From a phage: a stretch of 64,000 nucleotides of DNA. The DNA lies in NCBI GenBank assembly GCA_021525805.1, contig GCA_021525805.1_3940.1. One strand, 5' to 3'. The notes beneath the pieces are model-generated. The model was not told where the DNA came from and did no database searches. It saw only the letters and a list, made by a program, of their open reading frames with translations. Shown here piece by piece: positions 1-9,133 of the stretch. Position numbers and translations under genes: made by a program. The first letter of the stretch is position 1. Each line of letters opens with the position of its first letter.

Positions 1-41
1 TGGCTATTAATAATCGTGAATTATTAATCTTAAAAGCACGT

Positions 42-404
42 TTGACCATTAATCGAATTAATGTGATGACATCAGCAGCACCAGATGAAACCTTATATAA
101 TATTATTGGGAAGATTCAAAGTGTTATCTTAGACGTTGAAAACGTAAAAAACTCATTGACTGACGTTGCAGCAGGTATCACGCTAGACGGTGCACAATAC
201 GAAATGGCTGACATGTTGGGCAAATCTAAGGTAATGAATAAAGAGCTTGATTTAAAAATGTTTAGATTCGCCGTGAAAGTATGGCTGTCCGTCGAGTATG
301 ATGCTAATTATGCAATCGCTGACTTTTTCGCCACTTGGTTGCAGCGTAATTTGACAAATCACGATTTTCGTGATATCTGCGATGCAATTTATGCAGAACT
401 TTAA
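42..404 (+). CDS. hypothetical early protein (may be 5'-partial)
   Basis: 120-aa ORF; frame is open back to position 1 so start may lie upstream of window; alternative ATG at 66. Confidence 0.5.
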   Translation: MTINRINVMTSAAPDETLYNIIGKIQSVILDVENVKNSLTDVAAGITLDGAQYEMADMLGKSKVMNKELDLKMFRFAVKVWLSVEYDANYAIADFFATWLQRNLTNHDFRDICDAIYAEL

Positions 405-413
405 AAATTTTCT

Positions 414-442
414 TGACACTGGTTTTTATGTAGGTTAAATTA
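414..442 (+). promoter_or_regulatory. putative sigma70-type promoter
   Basis: TTGACA at 414-419 with A/T-rich -10-like hexamer about 16-17 nt downstream. Confidence 0.4.
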
Positions 443-505
443 CACATCAACGGGGGGCGATAACCTCCCCACTAAATAAAACCCTTAAACTAGGAGATTC
501 AAAAA
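441..505 (+). repeat. conserved early intergenic cassette copy 1 (GC hairpin + CACTAAATAAA + CCTAAACTGGAGATTCAAAAATG RBS/start)
   Basis: near-identical cassette recurs upstream of ORFs at 506, 1727, 2288, 2881. Confidence 0.7.
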
Positions 506-709
506 ATGGCTATTATTAACGGTTTAAACATTGAAACTACTCACATCAAAGATATCAAAGTCGGTGATATAGTCCTTTTTCACGGCGTAGAAAAAACTGT
601 CACTGCAAAGGATATCAAAGAGGATTCTTTCATGGGTCGGTCGCTCTTTGGTGACTCCTATTGCTTGGGTTACCGTGCGGTTTTAAAAGTTGTCAAAAAT
701 AACCGATAA
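506..709 (+). CDS. hypothetical early protein
   Basis: 67-aa ORF with GGAG RBS and ATG inside conserved cassette. Confidence 0.6.
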   Translation: MAIINGLNIETTHIKDIKVGDIVLFHGVEKTVTAKDIKEDSFMGRSLFGDSYCLGYRAVLKVVKNNR

Positions 710-794
710 AGTACTTTACAGGGGGCTTAAAAGCTGATATCTTAAGCCCCAGATAAAGAGCTTTACCACTAAATCCTAAACTGGAGATTCTAAA

Positions 795-1337
795 ATGAAA
801 TGCTTTCACGGTACTACTCAAGAAAACTTCATCAACTTAATTAATAACGGTGATAAACCATCAGGCGCATGGAATTGTTCGGACATGGACGGCAATTTTT
901 ACGTATATCCAGAAAATAAAATCTATGGCGACGATGCGGAAGAGATAGCATCTGAAGGTATCCAGCAGGCTCTAGGTAATGCCGCTATCACCGCAGCTTT
1001 CCAGATGAAAACCCAAAATATTGTTATCTTAGAACTTGATATCCCAGAGGATGACCTAAATGATGATTATTCTTGTGATAATATGTCTGGCGTGGCAAGT
1101 TTTACAGAATACTTTGATTTAAGCTGGGTTAAAAAGGTTTACATCACTGAATTTAATGCTATGTTTTCACCTTTTTGTCTTCCTTCACTGGATAACCCGA
1201 ATTTAAACTATATTGACGAGTCTCTGGAACTTCTCGCTAAAAGCGTTCAACAGTCCGACAGTATTCAAGTTTTTTGTGACATCATGGACACGCTGACGGG
1301 AAACATCGCAGAAAGAGATTTAAAGAGCTTTTTCTAA
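795..1337 (+). CDS. hypothetical early protein
   Basis: 180-aa ORF; upstream hairpin 721-760 then CACTAAATCCTAAACTGGAGATTCTAAAATG. Confidence 0.65.
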   Translation: MKCFHGTTQENFINLINNGDKPSGAWNCSDMDGNFYVYPENKIYGDDAEEIASEGIQQALGNAAITAAFQMKTQNIVILELDIPEDDLNDDYSCDNMSGVASFTEYFDLSWVKKVYITEFNAMFSPFCLPSLDNPNLNYIDESLELLAKSVQQSDSIQVFCDIMDTLTGNIAERDLKSFF

Positions 1338-1370
1338 AAACCTATGCAATCACCTTATAAACACTAATCA

Positions 1371-1390
1371 GCCCCTTACAGGGGTTTTTA
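1371..1390 (+). terminator. putative rho-independent terminator
   Basis: CCCCTTACAGGGG hairpin followed by T-run. Confidence 0.45.
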
Positions 1391-1403
1391 GAGGGCTTAA
1401 ATC

Positions 1404-1637
1404 ATGCTTACAACCGTTTATCTCATCCTTTCTATTTGTAACGGTCATTCATGCGATTTTAAAGGGCTTGAGGAGTTTACAGGGAGTAAAGAAAATGCTG
1501 TTCAAGTGTGCCAGATAGCAAGGCAAGACTATCCCGCCAGTGATGATATACAATGTTACTTTAAGACAGAAGATGAAGATGGTGTCTATTTTGACAGCGT
1601 AGATGGTCAGTATGAAATTATCATTGAAAAAGACTAG
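1404..1637 (+). CDS. hypothetical early protein
   Basis: 77-aa ORF, GAGGG RBS. Confidence 0.55.
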   Translation: MLTTVYLILSICNGHSCDFKGLEEFTGSKENAVQVCQIARQDYPASDDIQCYFKTEDEDGVYFDSVDGQYEIIIEKD

Positions 1638-1660
1638 ACAAGCCTGATAAAAGTCTGTAA

Positions 1661-1726
1661 ATTGTCAATCAACGGGGAGGGAATGACCTTCCCCACTAAA
1701 TAAAGTCCTAAACTGGAGATTCAAAA
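1661..1726 (+). repeat. conserved early intergenic cassette copy 2
   Basis: ATTGTCAATCAACGGGGAGGGAATGACCTTCCCCACTAAATAAAGTCCTAAACTGGAGATTCAAAAATG. Confidence 0.7.
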
Positions 1727-2068
1727 ATGGCTTATGTAACCGTAATTACCGATAAAGCTGGCTCATCTTGGTCAACTCAAGTAAGCGATAAGATATCGCC
1801 TATGCAGTGCCTAAAATACTTTGAGCAATGGAACAAGGGCGAGGATATCAGCCCCTTTCAAGTGATGCAGATTATCCATGTAAGTAATGAAGGGACTAAA
1901 ACGGTTTTAAATAGTGAGCACTATGCAACCAGATTTGAAACGAGATGTAAAACGATGAAGCTATTACGTGAATCCGGCTATTCTCATATTGCCGCGCTAA
2001 TCTGGGATGACTTGCTAAAAAATCAGCGTATCAGCTATGTAAAACCTGAAAAAATATTCATCAGTTAA
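1727..2068 (+). CDS. hypothetical early protein
   Basis: 113-aa ORF after cassette. Confidence 0.65.
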   Translation: MAYVTVITDKAGSSWSTQVSDKISPMQCLKYFEQWNKGEDISPFQVMQIIHVSNEGTKTVLNSEHYATRFETRCKTMKLLRESGYSHIAALIWDDLLKNQRISYVKPEKIFIS

Positions 2069-2100
2069 TCAATAACTTACAAAAAACTTTTAAAAAAGTG

Positions 2101-2129
2101 TTGACAATACCCCTTGACATTGGTAATGT
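2101..2129 (+). promoter_or_regulatory. putative sigma70-type promoter
   Basis: TTGACA 2101-2106, 17-nt spacer, TAATGT 2124-2129. Confidence 0.45.
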
Positions 2130-2220
2130 TGTTCGAGGGGGTTTATCTAAAAGGGATTCACTTAAAAGATTCTTTATAGATAAGCTGAAAAAATTGCTTG
2201 CAAAGGCAAATCAAAACAAG

Positions 2221-2287
2221 TAAATTACTAATCAACGGGAGGGATGACCTCCCACTAAATAAAATCCTTAAACTAGGAGATTCAAAA
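2221..2287 (+). repeat. conserved early intergenic cassette copy 3
   Basis: TAAATTACTAATCAACGGGAGGGATGACCTCCCACTAAATAAAATCCTTAAACTAGGAGATTCAAAAATG. Confidence 0.7.
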
Positions 2288-2818
2288 ATGAACAAGTTCA
2301 AAGCTATCAACTTCATTCGTTCAAATGCTGTAATGTCTAAGCCTGTTAAAGATACCTATGAATTTCGCTGCAATGGTGTACACTTTGCAACCATCACTAA
2401 ATCAGAAAAAGGGGCTTATTACGTTCATCGTCGTAATGTTGCAACCGTTGTGGTCTCTCATTTTATGCAAGCTGTCGCGGAACTTCTCCCGATGTTTTTA
2501 GGTCTTTACTTGGATGAGTGTAAAAACGTTCACAATCACGTTAAAAACCTTTTAAATAGCTATAAAATGGCTTACGAGCGTTCAATCAAGTCATTAAACA
2601 AGTTCTATAAAGCCCCTGTAAATACTGTTTCAATGGCTTACAATGTAAGCGGTGAGTTAGTTAGTCTCTTTGAAGTGGAAGAAATCGAACTGCATGACTT
2701 GCGCCCTAGTGGTTACAGCAAAACATTGGGAGAGGGCTTATCTTTCAATATCAAGAACTTAGAAAAAACTTTAAAAGATATTGAAAAAGACATTGACGAG
2801 ACAATCAAAAATCTGTAA
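2288..2818 (+). CDS. hypothetical early protein (start refined from track ORF 2198..2818)
   Basis: track ORF begins at TTG 2198 and reads through the cassette; internal ATG at 2288 sits at the conserved RBS spacing. Confidence 0.6.
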   Translation: MNKFKAINFIRSNAVMSKPVKDTYEFRCNGVHFATITKSEKGAYYVHRRNVATVVVSHFMQAVAELLPMFLGLYLDECKNVHNHVKNLLNSYKMAYERSIKSLNKFYKAPVNTVSMAYNVSGELVSLFEVEEIELHDLRPSGYSKTLGEGLSFNIKNLEKTLKDIEKDIDETIKNL

Positions 2819-2880
2819 ATTACTCATTAACGGGGAATGACCTTCCCCACTAAATAAAGTCCTAAACTGGAGTTATCAAG
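2816..2880 (+). repeat. conserved early intergenic cassette copy 4
   Basis: TAAATTACTCATTAACGGGGAATGACCTTCCCCACTAAATAAAGTCCTAAACTGGAGTTATCAAGATG; stop codon of upstream gene lies inside the conserved TAAATTAC. Confidence 0.7.
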
Positions 2881-3144
2881 ATGGAAAACGTAGAATTAAC
2901 CACACTTTTACAAATTGCAACCGACAAAGAAAACGTAGCTTTATTTCACCGCATCGAAAGTGATTTGTTCAATGGTGAAATCATCAAAGAGTCTTACGAG
3001 GTTGTTGGATTCAAAGATGGTAAAACATTTGGATTCTTTGACCTCGAAAAAGGCAACGCGATTACAAAATATGATGTTTTATCTTGTGAGATTCTGACAA
3101 AATACAACGAAAAAAGGCTTGCAACATACGCCAACATGCAGTAA
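2881..3144 (+). CDS. hypothetical early protein
   Basis: 87-aa ORF after cassette; ends in TAAATTACTAATCAACG motif followed by GGGGCTAAATAGCCCC hairpin. Confidence 0.6.
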   Translation: MENVELTTLLQIATDKENVALFHRIESDLFNGEIIKESYEVVGFKDGKTFGFFDLEKGNAITKYDVLSCEILTKYNEKRLATYANMQ

Positions 3145-3149
3145 ATTAC

Positions 3150-4800
3150 TAATCAACGCAGCGGGGCTAAATAGCCCCAGATACCTTTACAGCCCCTTTC
3201 CCATATAGATTCGATAGAGTCTATCTCATAGGGGCTTTTTTACATCCTATCAAATCCCTTATACAACCCTTTCCCTTTCCTTTCCAGAATCTTATCAGAC
3301 CTTAAAAAGCAATAACTCTATAGTCTACTCTATAGCCTTTTATCAAATCAACTTAAATATAAGCCCATAACCCGAAAGGGAAGGGCAACCCCTTAAACGC
3401 TCTATAACGCTCTATAACAGCCTTATCAACCTAACTTAAAGGATTGCATTACCTCACCCTTAAAAGCCCTTTATAAAGCTTCCCAGAGCCTTAAAAGAAT
3501 CTTATAAGGGTATAAGCTTATAGGCTGACTAGTATCTTGTGAATGGTTAAACAAACCCCTTGATAGTCATTAAAAAGCATGTTATAGGGGCTATGAAGTT
3601 ACTTTGAAGTAGCTTAAAAGTTACGTAAATGCTAGCCCCCTTAACATTTTCTTAACAATTTCTTAACAAACCCTACATAGTTATGCTTTTAAGGCACTTG
3701 TTAGCAACTTGTTAGCCCCTTGTTAAATCTCTGTTAAGACCACGTAAAAGCCTTGTAAGAGTCTTTGACATAGCCTTTAAAGCCCCTGTAAAGCCCTATA
3801 AAGAGCTATCTGTACAGTTGGGCTGTAGTTACTAGGGAGAGACTTAAAAGGGGCTATACAGAGCTATACAGAGCTTTTAAGAGGTATGTTTAAAGAATCA
3901 CTAAGAAAGGAAAGGGAACGATAAGAAAAGAGTAGTGACCATGTTAATAGCTTGTTAAAAAGATTAAACACTTGTTAGGAACTTGTTAATTATCTTAACA
4001 AAATAACTCTTAAAAATTAACTTGTTAGCTCTTGTTAGTCATCTGTTAAGACTCTGTAAAGGCTATGTATCAACTGTTAAGAAATTGTTACAGCCTTGTT
4101 AGTTCTGTTAAGAAACTGTTAAGACCTCTGAAGAGTTGTTAAGAAGATGTGAGAACTGTTAAGAGATTGTTAAGGATATTTTAAAATTTTGCAAAGGGGG
4201 TGTTAAGGAGCTGTTAAGGGCTACCAAGCAGATATACATCCTAGACAGATATTTTTCAGTGCCTTCAAAGACCCTAAAAAATGACTTGATAGCCCTATTT
4301 TATAAAAATTTTAAGATTCTGAATAATTACCTATACAGTCTTTTAAAAATACAGGTAATAACAGGTTTATAAGATACCTTGTTAGTACCGTGTTAGACCT
4401 TGTGAGATAAGGTCTGTGAAGACATTCCTGTTAAGTTTGTTAAAACAGTCTATATAGAGGCTTAGTAATACCTAGTGAACACCTATAGAGAGTCATCTAT
4501 GTAACATAGAGATTAAGAGGTGTATAGGAGCTTCTAAGAGTGTGTAGAGAGATGGTTAAGGTGATTGTATAGGCTGTTAAGAAGGCTTGTTAGAAGAGTG
4601 TTTAGAAGGATTGTTAGAGGGCTAGTTAGAAGGGTTATACAGAGGGCTATTAAGACCACTAGATAGTTACTAAGATACTATATAGCACTATATAACTATA
4701 TAGAGAGTAAGATTAAGAAGGTTGTTAAGAAGGATAGATATTTTGTTCACATATGATGGTGACCCAGAGGTTGGGACAACCGATAAAATTTTATAAAAAT
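3150..4800. repeat. ORF-free repeat-rich region (phased TGTTAAG/TTGTTAG-type short repeats plus other short direct repeats and hairpins)
   Basis: no ORF of 60 aa or more on either strand; dozens of copies of CTGTTAAGA / CTTGTTAG / GGTTAAGG often about 10-11 bp apart, densest 3690-4740; also CTATAACGCTCTATAAC, CTATACAGAGCTATACAGAGC. Confidence 0.8.
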
Positions 4801-4836
4801 TAAAAAGCCCCCAATTAAGGAGGCTCTTAAGATATT

Positions 4837-5388
4837 TTAAATCAGTGTTTCCAGAACTGTCTTCAGTGATGACTTGGTTGTCTGATAAAAATGAGTGAAT
4901 CCATTGTTGTTATCGAACACCTGCATCATGATATCATCTCCCTTAATTGGGTACACTCGGATATCATAGTGAAAACCATTAAAGACAGCAGAACCATTAC
5001 AGAATGCACTAAAATCATCCACTGAGATGTACTCTTCATGACCTGTGATTTTTATACAAACGCCTTTACTCGGTCTCTTAGGGTTGATATCTTCCATCAC
5101 AGACATACTCTGTCCACCAAGAGATACCATAGTGACCACTTTACGGTTCTTCTGTCTAAAGTACATCTTAACTTTCTGCAAAGTATCTTCATAGAACGGA
5201 TAAGACTTCTCTACAAAGATTCCTTCTAATGGCTCTTTACCATTTACAGTCTCCCTGTTATGACGTACTGAGAAGATAAGTTGTCTTAGTACGTCAAGAT
5301 TTTCTTCGGAAAGTGCTTCTCGAACATCACTCCAGTCAAGTACTAGGTAGTTACCTTCAACTTCTTTTACATCTTTAAAAACTTGCAT
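4837..5388 (-). CDS. hypothetical protein
   Basis: 183-aa ORF, first gene of minus-strand block. Confidence 0.6.
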   Translation of the reverse strand: MQVFKDVKEVEGNYLVLDWSDVREALSEENLDVLRQLIFSVRHNRETVNGKEPLEGIFVEKSYPFYEDTLQKVKMYFRQKNRKVVTMVSLGGQSMSVMEDINPKRPSKGVCIKITGHEEYISVDDFSAFCNGSAVFNGFHYDIRVYPIKGDDIMMQVFDNNNGFTHFYQTTKSSLKTVLETLI

Positions 5389-5440
5389 ATTCGCTACCTT
5401 CTAAGTTCTACAAAGGGGCTATCAAGTAACCCCTAAGCTA

Positions 5441-5665
5441 TTACTCAGACTTTTCAGTCTTCTTATCGGATTTCTTACTAGTCTTCTTCTCAGCTTTCTG
5501 CTCAGGTTCCTTCTCAGGAGTTGCCTTGATAACCATATCAAGAAGCTCTGATAAGTCACTCTTCAGCAAAGTAACAGGCTGCTCATTGTAGAAGTTTTTG
5601 TCAAGATAGACTTTGAACTCTTCAATAGATGGAAATCCAAAAATTGGTACAGGTGTTTTAATCAT
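5441..5665 (-). CDS. hypothetical small protein with Lys/Glu-rich C-terminus
   Basis: 74-aa ORF. Confidence 0.45.
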   Translation of the reverse strand: MIKTPVPIFGFPSIEEFKVYLDKNFYNEQPVTLLKSDLSELLDMVIKATPEKEPEQKAEKKTSKKSDKKTEKSE

Positions 5666-5740
5666 TACTTAGCTCTCCATAGGCATCTTTTAAGATTGCC
5701 TTGTTAATCATTTCAGCGATTGCAAAACGAACACATACAG

Positions 5741-6274
5741 CTATAATTGTAGGTTGCATTCTTTACTTACCTCTTCAAGTTTAACCTCAGAGTCCTTAAG
5801 TAGTTTCTTATGAACCCTGAACCTTATTAGTGAGATGATGATACCAGCTAAAGGAACAGCATACAAGTACCAAACATCATGTACCTTTGCAGTAATCTGT
5901 GTAATGGTCAAGTCTTGAGCTATACAACTGATTGCTGATACTGCCAGTAACATTGCTAAGAAGAACGCCAGTACCATAACAATACTTAGGCAGCCTCTGG
6001 CATGGTGTTCATGCTTAATACACTTATTCTTTTCATCAACAACTCTGTTGTAGTCATTTGTAAAGTCTCTGTAGAAAGCTTTCAAGTATTCTTGACTGTA
6101 TCCTTCAAAGCAACCTGTGCCATACCAATAATCACCACCAAAATGTGCTATGATGCCGGTATCTCCATTCGGTTTGGTTACTTTTAAAGAAGTATGATGG
6201 CGAGTATCCTGATAATCTATCTTGTATCTTTCTTCGTAAATCATTTTCCAACCCCTCTCAATCGTTTGTTCCAT
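5741..6274 (-). CDS. hypothetical membrane protein
   Basis: 177-aa ORF with long hydrophobic segment (CLSIVMVLAFFLAMLLAVSAISCIA) and second TM-like stretch. Confidence 0.6.
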   Translation of the reverse strand: MEQTIERGWKMIYEERYKIDYQDTRHHTSLKVTKPNGDTGIIAHFGGDYWYGTGCFEGYSQEYLKAFYRDFTNDYNRVVDEKNKCIKHEHHARGCLSIVMVLAFFLAMLLAVSAISCIAQDLTITQITAKVHDVWYLYAVPLAGIIISLIRFRVHKKLLKDSEVKLEEVSKECNLQL

Positions 6275-6459
6275 TCAAGGTCAACAAGTCTTTGCAGGAC
6301 TTTCCCTCTAGGTGTTACACCTTTTAAATCTGCATCATAGCAACGGTAAAAGTCACCTTCAGCGTGCTTACCATAGCATTTTCTGATATTCTGGCTTCTA
6401 CGATACTGTTCTAACAGGGAAAGTTTGTAGTAATCTTCAACTGTAGTTAACTTTTTCAT
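6241..6459 (-). CDS. hypothetical small protein
   Basis: 72-aa ORF overlapping neighbours at both ends. Confidence 0.45.
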   Translation of the reverse strand: MKKLTTVEDYYKLSLLEQYRRSQNIRKCYGKHAEGDFYRCYDADLKGVTPRGKVLQRLVDLEWNKRLRGVGK

Positions 6460-7001
6460 TCTTTCACCATAGCATTTCTGAACTGGCGTTGTGTTTCTCT
6501 TGTAATTTCGTTTGGAGTAAACCCTGCTTTTAGCATATCTCTGAAAAGAGCTTCTAAGTGGTTCCTCTCAATGATGTAAATGGCATTCTGAATAGCTGTT
6601 TTACGCTCCTTCAAGTCACTGCTAATCTCTTCACACTTACTGGTAAGCTCTGTATCAACTCTCTTAAAGGGTGGTATAATATGTGTATGACCACCTTTAG
6701 CAGCATCCATGAAAAATTTAAAAGATTCTTCAGAGTCCTTTAAAGCAATTCCTATAAAGTTTTTGTAAGCACCTGTGAAAGATAAGGAATCAATCTCAGC
6801 AGTTGAGTATACAGTCCCTGCACACAGTCTTGCAGAAGTACTAAATGTGTGGTTTGGTGTTGTGTCAAAGTCTAAGTTCTTCAGTGGTCGGAAATAAACT
6901 GTACCATTTTGTGAGATGTGTGTTACAACAGCCTCAACACTCTTTGAAGGATTCTGTTTAACATACAAAATAATTTTATCGTGTTCTTTCACTTTAGCCA
7001 T
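6456..7001 (-). CDS. hypothetical protein
   Basis: 181-aa ORF. Confidence 0.6.
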   Translation of the reverse strand: MAKVKEHDKIILYVKQNPSKSVEAVVTHISQNGTVYFRPLKNLDFDTTPNHTFSTSARLCAGTVYSTAEIDSLSFTGAYKNFIGIALKDSEESFKFFMDAAKGGHTHIIPPFKRVDTELTSKCEEISSDLKERKTAIQNAIYIIERNHLEALFRDMLKAGFTPNEITRETQRQFRNAMVKE

Positions 7002-7073
7002 ATCTACTCTCCAGAAACTAAAAAGGGAACTACCTCTCGATAGTTCCCATCATAATCAGTTTTGTATAATTGG

Positions 7074-7655
7074 TCAAGAGTATTTTTTAGGCAGTAATGC
7101 ACTGCGCTTGTTACTCTCTTCACTCAATAGTGCAATGAAATCATCACTTTTACCTTTCCACGGGCTGAATGAAGGGATATGTTCACGGATAGCCTCAATC
7201 ACTGTTTTAAGTGCTGTGTTCTTCATCCACCAATCAGAATCTGCTGATGCTACCACGTAGTATCCACCGTCATCAGTTAAAATTGGCTCTGAAATACATG
7301 GCGAAATCAAAGTGGTGATGATTGAACCATTGTTCATGTAGTATGTGCGCTTCATAACCTTTTCAAGAAGCTTGTGAAGGTCACCAAACAGTGTTACAAG
7401 TTCTTTGTGGTCAATGTCTTTTTCTAGGTTTGCTCGATACTTCAATAGTGCAGCATCAACCTCTCTGTCATTAAACTTGAAATATTGAACTTCATCAACA
7501 AGGCAAACACTTATGTTGTTAACATTCATAGTCAACTTACAAACTTTTGCAGGAGAGTTGATACTTGGTTGAAAAAGTGCAACACACCCTTCAATGTTTC
7601 CAAAGTGTTGGACTAGTGTTACTTGTGGAGTAATATTCTGTTGCTCTTCGGACAT
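7074..7655 (-). CDS. hypothetical protein
   Basis: 193-aa ORF. Confidence 0.6.
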   Translation of the reverse strand: MSEEQQNITPQVTLVQHFGNIEGCVALFQPSINSPAKVCKLTMNVNNISVCLVDEVQYFKFNDREVDAALLKYRANLEKDIDHKELVTLFGDLHKLLEKVMKRTYYMNNGSIITTLISPCISEPILTDDGGYYVVASADSDWWMKNTALKTVIEAIREHIPSFSPWKGKSDDFIALLSEESNKRSALLPKKYS

Positions 7656-7999
7656 TACAGTTTCCTCATTAAATACTTTTTAAGTTGTGTGTTAGGTTTC
7701 TCAAAAACTTCTATAGAAGATATCTTGACAGATTCACCACGCATACCAGTATGTTTGAATATGTAATACTCTAACATCCCTATGTACTTTGCTGGTAAGT
7801 CATGTTTGACATACACCGTTACAGAGTCTTCAAACTCAACAACCTTTGTACCGTCTTTGTAGTTAAACTCTTTAGGATGGTTGTAGTTGTCTAAGTCATA
7901 CATTAAAAAGAGTCTTTTACGTTGTAAGTCAAGCTTATTGGTTAAAGACTCTTTGATATCTGAGAAGTTTTTGTACACTGTGACATGGAGCTTACTCAT
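7655..7999 (-). CDS. hypothetical protein
   Basis: 114-aa ORF, start/stop overlap with neighbours. Confidence 0.55.
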   Translation of the reverse strand: MSKLHVTVYKNFSDIKESLTNKLDLQRKRLFLMYDLDNYNHPKEFNYKDGTKVVEFEDSVTVYVKHDLPAKYIGMLEYYIFKHTGMRGESVKISSIEVFEKPNTQLKKYLMRKL

Positions 8000-8285
8000 C
8001 GTTAAACTCTCTGACGAAGAAATAGTTGACTTTATTATTACCTACCATAAGGTCAAAGCAGGTATTCTCAAAAGGCTTGTTGTAGGCATCGTATGAAACA
8101 TATGGGTCAGCCACTTGCTTAGTGCTTAACTTCTTACTTGATGGATTTAAGAGGCCACCATACAGCTTCTTGATAGCCTCTTCTACAACAGACCAGATGA
8201 TTTCGTCAGTAATTTCTTCGTACAGGTCAAGTTCACGCTCTAGTGAGAAGTCACAAATAGGGAAAATAACCTGTACTTTACTCAT
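7992..8285 (-). CDS. hypothetical protein
   Basis: 97-aa ORF; its ATG overlaps the stop of the restored upstream frame (TAATG). Confidence 0.55.
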   Translation of the reverse strand: MSKVQVIFPICDFSLERELDLYEEITDEIIWSVVEEAIKKLYGGLLNPSSKKLSTKQVADPYVSYDAYNKPFENTCFDLMVGNNKVNYFFVREFNDE

Positions 8286-8691
8286 TAACGAATAACCTGT
8301 GTGACTTGAATTGCTTCAGTTACGGACAAGTCACCCACTTTCTCTTCTTTGACGAAGGTGAAGGTAAGCTCAACAGGCTCTTGCTCTTCTTGCTCAACCG
8401 GAATACCATTAAGCTCATCAAAGATTGATTGAGTTGTCCAGTCTTCTCCACCATCTGGGTAGTGGATTGCATAAAGAGGAAACTCTAAATTGTACCAAGC
8501 AAAAACAGGACAACCATCGGCATCATCTCGGCATCATCTCGGCATCTGTGGAGATATGTGTTTGTACCTTCGAAATGCAAATGGAGATTACCATTCTTCT
8601 CAAAGAGAATAGCATCTTGCAAGTCTAGTTCCTCATTTTCGCTGTAACGGCTGACATCAACTTTAACGTGAATATGACTGTTATTATTCAT
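8285..8691 (-). pseudogene. gene disrupted by frameshift from an 11-bp tandem duplication (intact form would encode about 132 aa)
   Basis: track ORF 8485..8691 (68 aa) stops just after tandem repeat GGCATCATCTC x2 plus partial third copy (8519-8548); removing one 11-bp unit gives an uninterrupted frame to TAA at 8285-8287. Confidence 0.65.
8519..8548. repeat. 11-bp tandem direct repeat GGCATCATCTC (2 full copies + partial)
   Basis: read directly: GGCATCATCTCGGCATCATCTCGGCATCTG. Confidence 0.85.
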
Positions 8692-9082
8692 AAAAACCTC
8701 TCTCTGCTAGTTTTATCTTTTCTTTGAGTGTTTCACAACGCTCTATGTGATATTTTGCTTCACACTCGTGGGTTGTTAACTCTCTTTCAAGTAGAGTTTT
8801 ATAATAACCTGACAATTGCTCTGCTGTCAATGGGTGTTCAGAAATAATATCTAATCCGCTTTCTCCAAGAGGGTTGAACCGACCGTACTCATCTACTTTG
8901 TAAATCTCGAACCTGAAAAACCCATTCTTAGCACGGGTAATAGGTGATAGTTCAGCTAACTCTACAGTGAACTTTGTAGAAACCTCATCACCGCTTACTA
9001 CAATCTGGCTGCCAATAATCCTCACCATCGAACCATCACGAGTGTACTTAAAAGTTCCAAAGTCACTAGCCCAAAGTTTCAT
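8684..9082 (-). CDS. hypothetical protein
   Basis: 132-aa ORF downstream of endolysin. Confidence 0.55.
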   Translation of the reverse strand: MKLWASDFGTFKYTRDGSMVRIIGSQIVVSGDEVSTKFTVELAELSPITRAKNGFFRFEIYKVDEYGRFNPLGESGLDIISEHPLTAEQLSGYYKTLLERELTTHECEAKYHIERCETLKEKIKLAERGFYE

Positions 9083-9099
9083 AGTTTTCTCCTTAGAAA

Positions 9100-9124
9100 A
9101 TAAAAAAGGCTCCCGAAGGAGCCT
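9100..9124 (-). terminator. putative rho-independent terminator (minus strand) after endolysin gene
   Basis: GGCTCC-CGAA-GGAGCC hairpin flanked by A-run on + strand (T-run on minus). Confidence 0.5.
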
Positions 9125-9133
9125 ATGAAGATA

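Noticed and set aside
3150-4800. Possible CRISPR array in the repeat region
   Set aside because: Repeats are short (7-9 bp), degenerate and irregularly spaced; no 25-40-bp identical repeats with unique spacers.
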